A stretch of 64,000 bases of DNA from Actinomycetes bacterium (GCA_022600605.1 JAHZKD010000441.1:15666-79665), one strand, 5' to 3'. Positions 10,597 to 21,018 are shown, counted from the first letter of the stretch. Made by a program: numbers and translations. Notes: generated from the letters alone by a model not told the origin.

Positions 10597-11027
10597 GAGT
10601 TGGCCTGATCGGCGACGTAGGGGCCGAACCGCGCGCTGGCCCCCTGCTGGGTCATGCCCAACACTGCCCCGACCACGGTGTAGCTGGCTCCAGCGGCGAT
10701 GGCCGCGGCCGCGGCTGCACGCTCGTCAAGACCGGCCTTGCGCAGGAGAGCAGCACGGGTGAGTTGGACCTCTTTGGTTTCGGTGGCCTCCCCCAGCTCG
10801 ACGGCCCTGACTAGTCGCGCGCGTTCTGGTGCGCTTGCCGTGCGGCCGGCAACCCGGCCTAGCCAGGTGTCTACCGCGGCTTCCAGAGACGATTGAGCAA
10901 CCCGGGCGGCTAACGGTTGGCCATCTTGTGCCGCCGCTGCCTGAATGAGGGCCACGGTGGGATCGGTCGAGCTCACCGGCTGGCCTGCGTCTGGCTCGAG
11001 GTGGGCATGCCCGGGGATGCTAGCCAC
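10593..11027 (-). CDS. Hypothetical protein with C-terminal HTH
   Basis: GASYTVVGAVLGMTQQGASARF; ATGA overlap with tap. Confidence 0.6.
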   Translation of the reverse strand: MASIPGHAHLEPDAGQPVSSTDPTVALIQAAAAQDGQPLAARVAQSSLEAAVDTWLGRVAGRTASAPERARLVRAVELGEATETKEVQLTRAALLRKAGLDERAAAAAAIAAGASYTVVGAVLGMTQQGASARFGPYVADQANS

Positions 11028-11064
11028 CGCCTACGACACCCACAAGTGATGCTTGTGGGTGTGA

Positions 11065-11421
11065 TTATTGGCCATCGGGCCCGGGGCGGGCATCGCGGGC
11101 GGCCATGGCAGCATCCAGGGCCTCCCAGCCGGTGTCAGAGAGCCGGCCCTTGCCGTTTCCGGCCGCGAGCATCGCGGCGGCAACGTCGGCCGGGGTGTCA
11201 CGCCCTGCGGTGAAGACGTAGTCGAGGTCGGGGTCAGCCAGCCGCACACGCGTGGGCAGATTGCCCGCAAGGATCTGCTGAACGATGGCAACCAGCGCAG
11301 GTTCACCGCCGATGAGCCCGCCAGCGACACCTCCGCGGCCGTCACTGGACCCGCGGCGATCCAGCGCGGTGTAGGAGACCACACCGCGCTCAGTGCCGAA
11401 GGTGATGGTGGTGGACGACAT
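11065..11421 (-). CDS. Hypothetical protein, first gene of the tap operon
   Basis: AAGGA RBS before the ATG at 11421. Confidence 0.6.
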   Translation of the reverse strand: MSSTTITFGTERGVVSYTALDRRGSSDGRGGVAGGLIGGEPALVAIVQQILAGNLPTRVRLADPDLDYVFTAGRDTPADVAAAMLAAGNGKGRLSDTGWEALDAAMAARDARPGPDGQ

Positions 11422-11600
11422 TGATTCCTTATCCCTGGCGGTGTGCTGCACTGTCCACTATCGGGGCTGCAAGGGACACGGCGGGCAAGGCCCGCGCTAA
11501 TGGGGGCCGTGGGCGCGTTTTGGGGCGGGGCGACCCAGTGTCCGGTGAGGCTAGGGGTTTGGCCGCGAGCCCGGGTCGGCAGCCCTCGTCCCCCAGCCAT

Positions 11601-11760
11601 CCCCATATGGGCACTAATATAAGCTAAGATAGGCCAATACAACGGTATCTCATCTTAGATAGGCTCTACTTACATTAGCTATACTTAGCTAAGGTACTGC
11701 TAGCTGCGGTAGGGGAAGTAAAGATACCCGAGTGTTATCGAACATTCACTAACACCAGCA
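11601..11760. promoter_or_regulatory. AT-rich divergent promoter / candidate parS region
   Basis: Marked AT enrichment; repeated TAGCTA / AGATAGGC motifs and CCCCATATGGG between the tap operon and parA. Confidence 0.55.
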
Positions 11761-11826
11761 GGGCTTTGCTCACATTACGAAATACAGTTCTTCACGCCAG
11801 GCAAACAGCTAGGAAAGAGTGGGCTC

Positions 11827-12633
11827 ATGAGCATTACGGTCTTCGCCAATTTGAAGGGCGGAGTCGGAAAGACCCTGGTCACCCTGGGTTGCGCACATGC
11901 CGCGGCCGCCGCCGGGGCCCGGGTTCTGCTAGTGGACACCGACCCACAGGGAAACGTCACCTCGCAAATCACTGCATACACCGCCGAAGCACCGCCACCG
12001 GTGACGCTGGCCGATGTACTCGACCGCCAAACCGCCGCCCCGATCGAGAGCGCGATCATTCCGACTCGTCGCCCCGGGATAGAACTTCTTCCCTCAGGTT
12101 TTGACGAGCTCCAAGCCGTCCAAGACGCCCTCTTTGGCAAACCCGGCGCCGAGCACTCATTGGACCGCGCCCTGCGACCCTGCAAGGACCGCTGGGATCA
12201 CGTGTTCATCGACACCCGGCCCGCAACCGACCTCATTACCCGAAACGCGCTGATAGCCGCCGACAGCCTCGTCCTGATTCTTGAGCCCGAGGTACCGGCC
12301 ATCCGAGGCGCCGATTGCATCATGCGGGCAGTCGATGAGCTCGAGGAGTATCTCGGCAAGACCCTCCCGGTAGGGGGGTGGGTGATCAACCGCGTCGACT
12401 ACCGGCGCACCGATCACGAGGAGTACACGGCCAAGATCGTCGAACTGGCTGCCGAGGACGGAGTACCGATTCTGGGTGATCCCATTCCCCTCACAGCCGA
12501 TCTTGCCCGCCTCAGCGTCGTAGGCATGGGGATCGACGAACACCGGCGACCCAACGCGCGCCTGCGCAATATGGCCACCAATTTCGCCGACATCGTGGAC
12601 GGCATCGATCACCTAGCAAGGACTCCCGCATGA
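11827..12633 (+). CDS. parA: ParA-family partition ATPase
   Basis: Deviant Walker A KGGVGKT, DTDPQGN, IDTRP. Confidence 0.92.
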   Translation: MSITVFANLKGGVGKTLVTLGCAHAAAAAGARVLLVDTDPQGNVTSQITAYTAEAPPPVTLADVLDRQTAAPIESAIIPTRRPGIELLPSGFDELQAVQDALFGKPGAEHSLDRALRPCKDRWDHVFIDTRPATDLITRNALIAADSLVLILEPEVPAIRGADCIMRAVDELEEYLGKTLPVGGWVINRVDYRRTDHEEYTAKIVELAAEDGVPILGDPIPLTADLARLSVVGMGIDEHRRPNARLRNMATNFADIVDGIDHLARTPA

Positions 12634-13175
12634 CCAGCGCCATCCCCAAGCCAGAATTCCCAACGGCCCGGCGCCGCCGAAGCTCCATCGGCCAAGGCGC
12701 GGAAGCAGGCGCCGGCCAGGAAGCAAACGCCGACCAGGCGGCGGCGCCAAACACTCAATCCGCGCAGACCTCCCAGCCGTCCCCGCCGACGACCGCAGAG
12801 CAGTCCACCGAACAACTCTCAGCTCCAACCGGGGCGGCAGCGACAACGCAGCAGCCACGCCCGCCTAGCGGTGCGGGCGGCCAGTCGCGGGGGAGAAGCG
12901 CAGCCACTCGGACCAGGGGAGGGGCCGCCAAGACAGCCGCGGCCCAGCAGACACCCAACAAGCACCTCGTTGGCTCAAAGGACATTTTGCTGTCCTTACC
13001 TGAGGACCTCAAGGAGCGGATGGTCAACACCATCACCTGGACTCAGCCCCACACCGGGATCGGTCAACAACAGAAGTTCATCCGCAAAGCGATCCTCGAC
13101 CTCTGTGAGCGACTTGAGCAGGATTTCAACCAGGGCGATCCGTTCGCGCCTCGCGTCGTGCCGACCGACGAATAA
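12630..13175 (+). CDS. Putative centromere-binding partner (type Ib, RHH-like C-terminus)
   Basis: ATGA overlap with parA; disordered N-terminus and ILLSLPEDLKERM...FIRKAI C-terminus. Confidence 0.65.
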   Translation: MTSAIPKPEFPTARRRRSSIGQGAEAGAGQEANADQAAAPNTQSAQTSQPSPPTTAEQSTEQLSAPTGAAATTQQPRPPSGAGGQSRGRSAATRTRGGAAKTAAAQQTPNKHLVGSKDILLSLPEDLKERMVNTITWTQPHTGIGQQQKFIRKAILDLCERLEQDFNQGDPFAPRVVPTDE

Positions 13176-13380
13176 TCCCCCTATAGACACTAATTACCTA
13201 TAGGCCCCCATATGGGGTATCGGTCTGTGCGAAACAGTGAACCGCCGCTGTCATCTCCGGCTGGTTGCCGGGTCTAGTCGTTCCGGCGCCCGGCGTTTAC
13301 CGCGGGGGCCATGACTGGCGCCCATGGGGGCGTGGGGGAGGGGCCGGTGCGCCGCCGAGGTCGCTTACCCGCATATGCCG

Positions 13381-13408
13381 CGCATACCTCCGTATGCGCC
13401 GCATATGC
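13381..13408. promoter_or_regulatory. Candidate operator CGCATACNNNCGTAYGCGCCGCATATGC, copy 1
   Basis: Contains inverted repeat CGCATAC/GTATGCG; 24/28 identical to 52488-52515. Confidence 0.6.
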
Positions 13409-13607
13409 CCTCGTGGTGTGCCTCACAATGCGAAGCCGCGCTTCGTGCTGCGGTGCACACTGGAGTCATACGGCTGTGCACGCTTCCCCCTGCGTGACCT
13501 ACCAGCTGACTGGATACCGGCATCTCTGGTGGGTGTCCAGGTTGTGTGCTCTACTGCCACCGCGCCCGGGAATAAGCCCAGCACAGCCCAGGAAAGGGGT
13601 GCAAACG

Positions 13608-13856
13608 ATGGCCACAGGGTCAGGAGGTGTCGGCGATGCCCTCATACAGGAGCTCTCAGAGCGTCTACGGACATCGGATGAAAAGGTCGCCACGACGCTG
13701 CGGCTGCGAAGAATCACCTTGAAACGCCTGCGGGCCCAGGAGCGGCGGTGGGGCACCTCGATGTCTCTGATCGTTGAGCGCGCGTTGGAGCCGGTTCTCG
13801 GTGATCTGGAAGACGCCGACCCGCCCAAGCCTGGCGCAGGTGACGGCGATGGCTAG
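13608..13856 (+). CDS. Ribbon-helix-helix-like regulator
   Basis: ATTLRL...LRAQERRWGTSMSLIVERAL pattern; GGAAAGGGG RBS; overlaps espG. Confidence 0.65.
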   Translation: MATGSGGVGDALIQELSERLRTSDEKVATTLRLRRITLKRLRAQERRWGTSMSLIVERALEPVLGDLEDADPPKPGAGDGDG

Positions 13857-14688
13857 ATTCCAAGCAGTTGAGATCACTGCACAGCAGGCATGGTTTCTGG
13901 CCAGCTATCTGCACGCCGGCGCCTACCCCTGGAAGTTGGCGATCACCGCACCTTTCGCCGATCCCGACGAGGAGAAATCGTTTCAGGGGCGCTGCCTTGC
14001 TGAGCTCACCGACGCCGGTGTCATCGACGACCAAGGGCAAGTACAACCCTCCGTCGCTGAAGCGGTGCGCACCGTTTGCCAAGCCACTCAGTGGCTGGAA
14101 TGGCTCACCGTCGTCGGCGAGGACCCCGATCAAGTGCTACGCGGCGTGCTGGCCCGCACCTCATCGAGCACTGAGGCCGTGGCGGCATTGCGCTACGCGC
14201 AGCTGGTGACCTTCACCCCGCTGCAGCTGACCCACAGTGAAGCCGTCGTGCCGGTCATCTGCGCGGGCCTACCCCCAGATCACACGCCGGCGGCCTTCAC
14301 CGAATTCTCCCTGCCCATGGACGTCGGTAAACAAATCGACGAACGCATCGGCCGCGGGGCCGACATCGTCGAAACCCTGACCGAGCTCGGCGTTCCCGAA
14401 CGCGACGCTGAAATCATGGAGATGGCCCGCACCGGTGCGCGTGTCAACGTCGAGGTCACTGCCCATGAAGCAACCAACGGCGCCCGCCAACAGACTGATG
14501 TCAGTGTCAATGTCATCAGCACTGAGGTGGGCACGCTGTTGGTCAGCCCACCAGCAGGGGAGCCGCGCGAGGGCGGCACCTCGGTGTTCACCGCGGCCGA
14601 CCCGTTCGCCGTGGCCATGGCGGTACGCGATCTGACCGACCGATTGCCCTCGGGCACTTGGTTTCCCGAAGAGAACTTCGAAATCTGA
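13849..14688 (+). CDS. espG: ESX secretion-associated chaperone EspG
   Basis: Size about 280 aa; YPWKLAI, C-terminal LPSGTWF; ESX context. Confidence 0.8.
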   Translation: MARFQAVEITAQQAWFLASYLHAGAYPWKLAITAPFADPDEEKSFQGRCLAELTDAGVIDDQGQVQPSVAEAVRTVCQATQWLEWLTVVGEDPDQVLRGVLARTSSSTEAVAALRYAQLVTFTPLQLTHSEAVVPVICAGLPPDHTPAAFTEFSLPMDVGKQIDERIGRGADIVETLTELGVPERDAEIMEMARTGARVNVEVTAHEATNGARQQTDVSVNVISTEVGTLLVSPPAGEPREGGTSVFTAADPFAVAMAVRDLTDRLPSGTWFPEENFEI

Positions 14689-14718
14689 CCTACAAGCCCG
14701 CGAAGGGGAAAAGCGACG

Positions 14719-16212
14719 ATGACTACACCACCACCTGATTTTTTCGGACCTGCCGATGAATCTGCCCCCGAGCTTTCAGGCGAGCACGAGCACGCTACCG
14801 ATGGCCCACCACCTGAGACGACTGCGGCAACCGACACCGGCGCTCAGCAGCATGCAGTGTCGTCACCGAATTGGAGTACCCCGACAGCCTCCCCGGAAGC
14901 TAGTGGATACGGCCAGGCTCTGCCGGCGCAGACCGCGGCCGCCAACGACCCCACATCTGCCCAGCCTGCCTCTCGCCCGCCCAGCCACCAGCAGCCGCCG
15001 ACCCGTCAGCCTTCTGGGCTGCTGGCTGACCGTCCGCGCCGAGACGCCCAGCACGAGCCCAGTGAGCGCACCGCGATCCTGTCAACCTCTCAGATCGCGG
15101 CCTTGCGCGCTCAGGGCCAAGATCCCGGCGTCGGCGATTTCTTCGACTCCTCCGCTGAGGGCGCCACGGCCTCGCCGTCGTGGCCTGCCCCCAATGCCCA
15201 ACCGCAGGTTTCGCGCTTCGACAGCGAATTCGGTGCCGGCGGTGATCCGTTCGCCGTGGGCGGCAGGGACGACGCCGACCGGCCCTCTTCGCAGCGCAGC
15301 ATCGAACTGACCGGCTGGCGCAAAGCGGTCAACAAGGCAACCTTTGGCCGAATTCAGCCCCGCCCCAGCGCCAAACAACTCAGCCAACACGAACAGCTGC
15401 GGCGCATCACCGCCTCGCTGCTCGATGTCTACGTCGTCGGCTTCGTGAGTTCCAAAGGTGGGGTCGGCAAAACCTCGATGTCGGTGACAGCGGGCAATGC
15501 GATCGCCCGAAACCGCGGCGATCGGGTGATCGTGGTTGACGTCGACACTGACCTGGGGGACGCAGAGTCCCGCTTTGAAGACCCCGGCGGGCCCAAGGCC
15601 AACATTGAGGCGCTGGCTGCTTTGCACGACGCAGGCAGCTACGCCAACGTGCGGGTGTTCACCACACAGAATAAGGACCGGCTCGAAATCCTTTCCTCGC
15701 AGAATGATCCGCGGTCTTCCTACCGTCTGACTGGCCGCGACTTCGATCAGGCGATGTCAATACTGCGCACGCATTACAACGTGATCCTGCTCGACTGCGG
15801 GACCTCAATCACCTCTCCGCTGTTTCCCACCATCGCAAAACACCTCAACTGCCTTGTGGTGGTGGCTTCCAACGACCGTCCGGGCTCGCGCGCAGCCTGG
15901 AAAACGTTGTCCTGGCTTCAGGCCCACGGTTTCGGGCGGCTACTGCCGCGCACCGTGGTGGTGCTCAACTCCACCCGCGGGCCATCCAAGGCCAGCGACG
16001 TCGACCTCGCTGAATCCAAGTTCCGGGGCCAGGGGATCGATGAGGTGATCGCGATGCCCTTCGACAAACACATCGACGAGGGCGATTTCATCGCTTTCGA
16101 TCGGATGGGGAAGAAGACACGCAAAGCGGCTATGGCGTTGGCCGGCTCGATCGCTCGGTACTATCCGGCGCGGCACCGTCATGGCCGCGGCGACGATTTG
16201 GGGAGCTACTGA
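14719..16212 (+). CDS. espI: EspI-like MinD/ParA ATPase with Pro-rich N-terminus
   Basis: KGGVGKT, LLDCGT, PFDKHI; located between espG and eccD. Confidence 0.78.
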   Translation: MTTPPPDFFGPADESAPELSGEHEHATDGPPPETTAATDTGAQQHAVSSPNWSTPTASPEASGYGQALPAQTAAANDPTSAQPASRPPSHQQPPTRQPSGLLADRPRRDAQHEPSERTAILSTSQIAALRAQGQDPGVGDFFDSSAEGATASPSWPAPNAQPQVSRFDSEFGAGGDPFAVGGRDDADRPSSQRSIELTGWRKAVNKATFGRIQPRPSAKQLSQHEQLRRITASLLDVYVVGFVSSKGGVGKTSMSVTAGNAIARNRGDRVIVVDVDTDLGDAESRFEDPGGPKANIEALAALHDAGSYANVRVFTTQNKDRLEILSSQNDPRSSYRLTGRDFDQAMSILRTHYNVILLDCGTSITSPLFPTIAKHLNCLVVVASNDRPGSRAAWKTLSWLQAHGFGRLLPRTVVVLNSTRGPSKASDVDLAESKFRGQGIDEVIAMPFDKHIDEGDFIAFDRMGKKTRKAAMALAGSIARYYPARHRHGRGDDLGSY

Positions 16213-16214
16213 GG

Positions 16215-17663
16215 ATGGATCCTGCCGCTGCCACCGGTCAAGTCCGCGTAGCGATCATCGGCGATGACACCAACATCCGGGTAGCAATCGCTGGGGATGC
16301 CGCGAACACCGACATGGCTCTGCCGACCACGCTTTCCATCCGTGAACTCATTCCGCGGATTCGGAGCACGTTGGCCTCTGGACGTGACGACGACGAGTTG
16401 GCCCCCGAGGACCTCGATATCGGTTTGCAACCGTATTCGCTAGCGCCCCTGGGCGGTACGCCGTTCAGCCTGGACGCCACTCTGGAAACTCTCGGGGTCA
16501 AAGACGGTGAGCAACTGATTTTATGCAAGCTGCCGCCCGGGCCGACCGCGCCGCCGGTGGTCGAGGACATCGCCGATGCCGCAGCGATCCACTCGGCCAG
16601 CCAGTTCAAGGGTTTCACCCACGAGTTGCTGCCCGTGGTGGCCCAGGTCATCGTGCTCAGCAGCGCGGCGCTGATCGCCGGATTGGCCCTCGACGGGTGG
16701 CGGCGCGGCTACCACTGGTGGTCGGCGGCAGCGCTGGGCGTGCTCGCCGCGGTGTTCATCGCCACGACCGTGCTGCTGCACCGGCGCACCCATAGCACCG
16801 CCGCAGCCCGAATGGGGCTGGCTACCAACGCCTTTCTGGCCCTAGCGCTCATAGCGGCACTGCCCGGCGACGGCGCGGCGCCGCGGATATTCCTGGCCGC
16901 AGCAGGTCTGATCGCTTGGTCGCTGCTGATGCTGTCGCTGACCGACTCTTTCATCGCCACACACACCACTATCATCATGATCAGCGCTGTCACCGCCCTG
17001 GCCGCGGCCGTGCGTATCCTCTGGCATCTGCCGTATCTGTCATTGGGCTGCGGGGTGTTCGCCTTTTCCCTACTGATAGCGCTCAACGCACCGACCGCCT
17101 CGGCGGCGTGGGCCAAATTCCCCTTGCCTAACGTGCCCGCACCGGGAGAGCCCACCCCAGCACCTAGCCCGCTCGCCGAAATCGAGGCCTTGCCCCGCAA
17201 GACCGCTATCAGCGCCTCGTACCAAAACGGCTGCATCGCAGCCTCGGTATTGCTGGCCGTCATCGGATCGGTACTGGTGGTGTGGTTGCCCGCCCAGCCC
17301 TCGCTGCTGGCGTGGTGGCTCATGCTGGCCACCATCACCGTCACCGTGCTGCGAATGCGGATCTGGGACTCAGCGATCCCAGCGACGTGGTTTTTGTCCA
17401 CACCCTTTCTGACCGTTGCGGCACTGACCATCGCCTTCACTGCCACCGGACATTTGGCCGCCCAGTTGTATGCCGCCGCGACACTGGTGGGGCTAATCGT
17501 GCTGCTGCTGCTGGCCGCAGCACTCAAACCTGGCCCCTTGAGCATCCCCAAACTGCGCTACCTGGATTTGTTTGAAAACACCTTGCTGATCACGATCGTG
17601 CCGGCGATGTTCTGGCTGGTTGGGCTGGTCAGCTTCCTACGCAACCTGGCGATCCTGACATGA
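16215..17663 (+). CDS. eccD: Type VII secretion membrane protein EccD
   Basis: Ubiquitin-like N-terminus (TLETLGVKDGEQL), VVEDIADA, about 11 TM segments. Confidence 0.9.
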   Translation: MDPAAATGQVRVAIIGDDTNIRVAIAGDAANTDMALPTTLSIRELIPRIRSTLASGRDDDELAPEDLDIGLQPYSLAPLGGTPFSLDATLETLGVKDGEQLILCKLPPGPTAPPVVEDIADAAAIHSASQFKGFTHELLPVVAQVIVLSSAALIAGLALDGWRRGYHWWSAAALGVLAAVFIATTVLLHRRTHSTAAARMGLATNAFLALALIAALPGDGAAPRIFLAAAGLIAWSLLMLSLTDSFIATHTTIIMISAVTALAAAVRILWHLPYLSLGCGVFAFSLLIALNAPTASAAWAKFPLPNVPAPGEPTPAPSPLAEIEALPRKTAISASYQNGCIAASVLLAVIGSVLVVWLPAQPSLLAWWLMLATITVTVLRMRIWDSAIPATWFLSTPFLTVAALTIAFTATGHLAAQLYAAATLVGLIVLLLLAAALKPGPLSIPKLRYLDLFENTLLITIVPAMFWLVGLVSFLRNLAILT

Positions 17664-19036
17664 TCCGACAACTGGGAGCCCTCACCGCGGCGCTGTCCCT
17701 GCTGCTGTTGAGCGCCCCCGCGCCACTAGCGGGGGCATTGACTCCTCCCACCGTCGATCCCGCCGCACTTCCACCGGATGGCCCACCCTCACCTGAACAG
17801 CCGATGCGCAAGAACTCCGACTGCACCTTCAACGGCGCACTGCCAGGTTTTGACCCCGCAGCAGTGCCGCCCAGCCAAGAAATGCTCAACCTTCCCGCAG
17901 CGTGGAAGATTTCGCGCGGCAGGGGAGTAGCGGTGGCTGTCATCGACTCCGGGGTCAGCCCGCAACCACGCCTGCCCACCCTCCAGCCCGGCGGTGACTA
18001 CATCGACCCCGCCGCCGAGGGCCTCGTTGATTGTGACGGCCACGGCACCGTAGTCGCCGGCATCATCGCCGGACAACCCGCCGATGATGGGTTTTCCGGC
18101 GTCGCCCCCGAGGCAGGGCTGGTCTCCATCCGGCAAACCTCGCTGCACTGGGCACCCAAGCAACCCTCCGGCGATGACCCCCAGAAAGCCAAGACCGCCG
18201 GCAGCGTAGCCACTTTGGCGCGCGCCGTGCGCCACGCCGCCGACATCCCCTTTGTGCGAGTTATCAACATTTCGGTCACCAACTGCATCGCCGAATACAA
18301 ACAAGTCGACCAGGCTGCTCTGGGGGCAGCGCTGCGTTACGCGATGATCGACAAAGACATCGTGGTAGTGGCCGCGGCCGGGAACAACAGCGAAAACAAC
18401 TGTCGCAGTAACCCACTGATGGATCCCAATAACCCCCAAGATCCCCGCAACTGGGCCGGGGCGACCACAATCTCCACCCCGTCCTACTGGCAGCCCTATG
18501 TCTTGTCGGTGGCCGCACTGACCCCACAAGGCCAGCCCTCGAACTTCACCATGGCCGGCCCCTGGGTGGGCATCGCCGCCCCCGGGGAACACATCGTTTC
18601 TTTGGGCAACGCCCCAGACTCCGGACTAGTCAACGGCCAACCCTCGGACAAGGAACCGCTGGTACCCATCAACGGCACCAGCTTCGCTGCGGCCTACGTC
18701 TCCGGTGTGGCCGCCCTGCTGCGCTCAACTTTTCCCGACCTCAGCGCCCGCCAGATCATCAACCGAATCGTCTCCTCAGCACACAACGGGGCACGCGCAC
18801 CGTCAAACCTGGTCGGCGCCGGGGTCATTGATCCAGCGGCGGCCCTGACATGGGACATCCCCGAAGGCCAGCAGCTACCTGCGACCATGCCGGTCGTGCG
18901 CGTCGAACCACCCGCACCGCCGCCGCCGGACAATCGATTGCCCCGCATGATCGCCTTCGGCGCCGGCATCCTGGCCATCGCAGCCGCGGTGATCACCGTG
19001 GCCGCCATTGGAAGACGCCGTGGCAACAACAGCTGA
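17660..19036 (+). CDS. mycP: Mycosin subtilisin protease MycP
   Basis: Signal peptide; IDSG, HGT, GTSFAA catalytic triad; C-terminal TM. Confidence 0.95.
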   Translation: MIRQLGALTAALSLLLLSAPAPLAGALTPPTVDPAALPPDGPPSPEQPMRKNSDCTFNGALPGFDPAAVPPSQEMLNLPAAWKISRGRGVAVAVIDSGVSPQPRLPTLQPGGDYIDPAAEGLVDCDGHGTVVAGIIAGQPADDGFSGVAPEAGLVSIRQTSLHWAPKQPSGDDPQKAKTAGSVATLARAVRHAADIPFVRVINISVTNCIAEYKQVDQAALGAALRYAMIDKDIVVVAAAGNNSENNCRSNPLMDPNNPQDPRNWAGATTISTPSYWQPYVLSVAALTPQGQPSNFTMAGPWVGIAAPGEHIVSLGNAPDSGLVNGQPSDKEPLVPINGTSFAAAYVSGVAALLRSTFPDLSARQIINRIVSSAHNGARAPSNLVGAGVIDPAAALTWDIPEGQQLPATMPVVRVEPPAPPPPDNRLPRMIAFGAGILAIAAAVITVAAIGRRRGNNS

Positions 19037-20621
19037 TCAACCACGACTGGCACCAGCCCTGCCCACCTGGCAGCGACTCACCGTGCTGGCCTCGCTGCTG
19101 CTGCTGGGCTGGGCTGTACTGCTGCCACCGGGCCAACCTCCGCAGTGGTGGCACTACGCGGCCACCGGCGCCCTGCTCCTAACCTTCCTAGGCTCCTGGC
19201 ACGGCCAGCACATATCGACCACCGTGCGCCGGTGGGCACCTATGGCCCGATACAACCGACACCGACGCACCCGCGGACCCGAACCCGCACGCAGCCACCA
19301 GGACCGCTCGACCGGCGCACGCTCGGCCGAGACTGACACCGCCCTGGAAGCCAAGATCGTCATCCACCTCCGGCCGCGGCCACACGCGCTGACCACACCC
19401 GAGGACACCGCCGACCAACTGCCCTGGAAATTCATCACCGGATGGCTGCACCGATACGGGGTACGCGCAGACGAACTGGCCATCACCTCAGCCACCAGAA
19501 CCCCACCGGCGAGCGGGCTGCGCGCCGATTCCGCTGCGCTCCTTTCCGGCCGCACACCCCAGCACCGCGACACCTGGCTGACCTACACCCTGCGCGCACA
19601 CAGCAACGTCGCCGCGCTCACCGCCCGCCAAACCACGATGGGTCAACCCGCCGCTGACCCCGCAACCGATGACGGAGTTGCCCAGCGAGCCGGCCTCTCA
19701 GATACCACCGCGCGCCGCCTGGTCGCCGAGCTGCGCGAACGTGGCTGGCTGGCCACCCTCACCGACTCCAAGCAACAGTTGCCGCAGTTCGTGGCTCCCA
19801 CAAGCGCTGTGCGTCAGGAAACCTGGACGGCCACTGAACATTCCGATGGGTTCCGCGCTATCTACGCAGTGCGACCACACGCCCTGGCCGAAGTCCTCGA
19901 AGCACTTCCCTCACTGGGCACCAAATCCACATGGGTGACACTGATCGTGCGACCACAGGGCCACCAGCACGCTCTAATCGAGGCCTGTGTGGGCACCTTG
20001 ACCAGTACCCAACCAATTCGGCACCCGTTGCCTGGGCTCGACGGGTTTCATGGACTGCACCGCCACGTCGCACCGGCACTGACCGCGACAGGTTTTGACC
20101 GCGGGGCCTGCGTGGATCTTCCGGCCACCGAGATCATGTGCACCGACCTCGAGGCGCTGCGTTGGCCGACCACTGCCGCCGGTGTCCCGATCGGATTCAC
20201 CTCTCAGCGCCAACCGGTCTACCTCGGCCTGGCTTCGCCGGAGCCGGTGCGCATCACCGTAACCGGTACTCGCCAGTTCCAGGTGGGCATCGTCTCGCGG
20301 CTGGCTCTTTCGGGTCTGCCGGTAGCAGTGGATACCGCCAACCCGGGGCAATGGGCGGCACTGGCCAATCACGGTGCCACCCAGCAGTTCTCCATACGCC
20401 CCGCCGTCGTGCCCGCCGGTGCGATCGTCGTCACCGACGGCAGCCGTGAAACCGCCAGCGGCCCGATCACGGTAATGCTGCGCCGACCGCAGTCCGCGCC
20501 CGCACCGGCAACGACGGTGGTGATCACCCAAGACGGTGGTCACCCCAACTTGTTCGACATCACCACTGCCCGAGGGCGCCAACGGCTTTCCACCCGGCTC
20601 GCCGACATCGCCCGCCGCTAG
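19020..20621 (+). CDS. eccE: Type VII secretion protein EccE
   Basis: Two N-terminal TMs, follows mycP, RRLVAELRERGW motif. Confidence 0.78.
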   Translation: MATTADQPRLAPALPTWQRLTVLASLLLLGWAVLLPPGQPPQWWHYAATGALLLTFLGSWHGQHISTTVRRWAPMARYNRHRRTRGPEPARSHQDRSTGARSAETDTALEAKIVIHLRPRPHALTTPEDTADQLPWKFITGWLHRYGVRADELAITSATRTPPASGLRADSAALLSGRTPQHRDTWLTYTLRAHSNVAALTARQTTMGQPAADPATDDGVAQRAGLSDTTARRLVAELRERGWLATLTDSKQQLPQFVAPTSAVRQETWTATEHSDGFRAIYAVRPHALAEVLEALPSLGTKSTWVTLIVRPQGHQHALIEACVGTLTSTQPIRHPLPGLDGFHGLHRHVAPALTATGFDRGACVDLPATEIMCTDLEALRWPTTAAGVPIGFTSQRQPVYLGLASPEPVRITVTGTRQFQVGIVSRLALSGLPVAVDTANPGQWAALANHGATQQFSIRPAVVPAGAIVVTDGSRETASGPITVMLRRPQSAPAPATTVVITQDGGHPNLFDITTARGRQRLSTRLADIARR

Positions 20622-21018
20622 GCCGCCCGGTCGAAGGCCGCGCTCGCGTTCTTGGGTGGCGACGGCGCTGAAGGGGTACCGGAGGTGTCCGCTCAGCCGA
20701 AGTGCGAAGTCGCCGGGCTTCGTCGCGGCGTTACGAATTCTGCCCGACTGAACGAGTCAGGGGCGCATTCGTTCGAGCAACGCAGACAGAACTATGTTCC
20801 TGTCGCGCACGGCCCGATCGGGGGACTCAGTAGTCGCGATGATCAGGGCGGTGTTGCAGTTCACGCTGAGCAGAATGTCGGCAGCGGTTACTGGCAGGGC
20901 TTTGGCATCTTACGCTGCGCTCGCATCGTACTCGTGCCGTGAGGGTCAGTGACAAGGAGCGTCAATCCAGAACAATTCGATAGCTGAACTTGTCTCACCG
21001 CCGACGTACGATCTGCTG

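Noticed and set aside
14719-16212. Second partition ParA
   Set aside because: Pro-rich N-terminus and position between espG and eccD fit the EspI-like ESX ATPase better
20652-20942. 96-aa ORF between eccE and the SIR2 gene
   Set aside because: No RBS or motifs; probably non-coding or a decayed fragment
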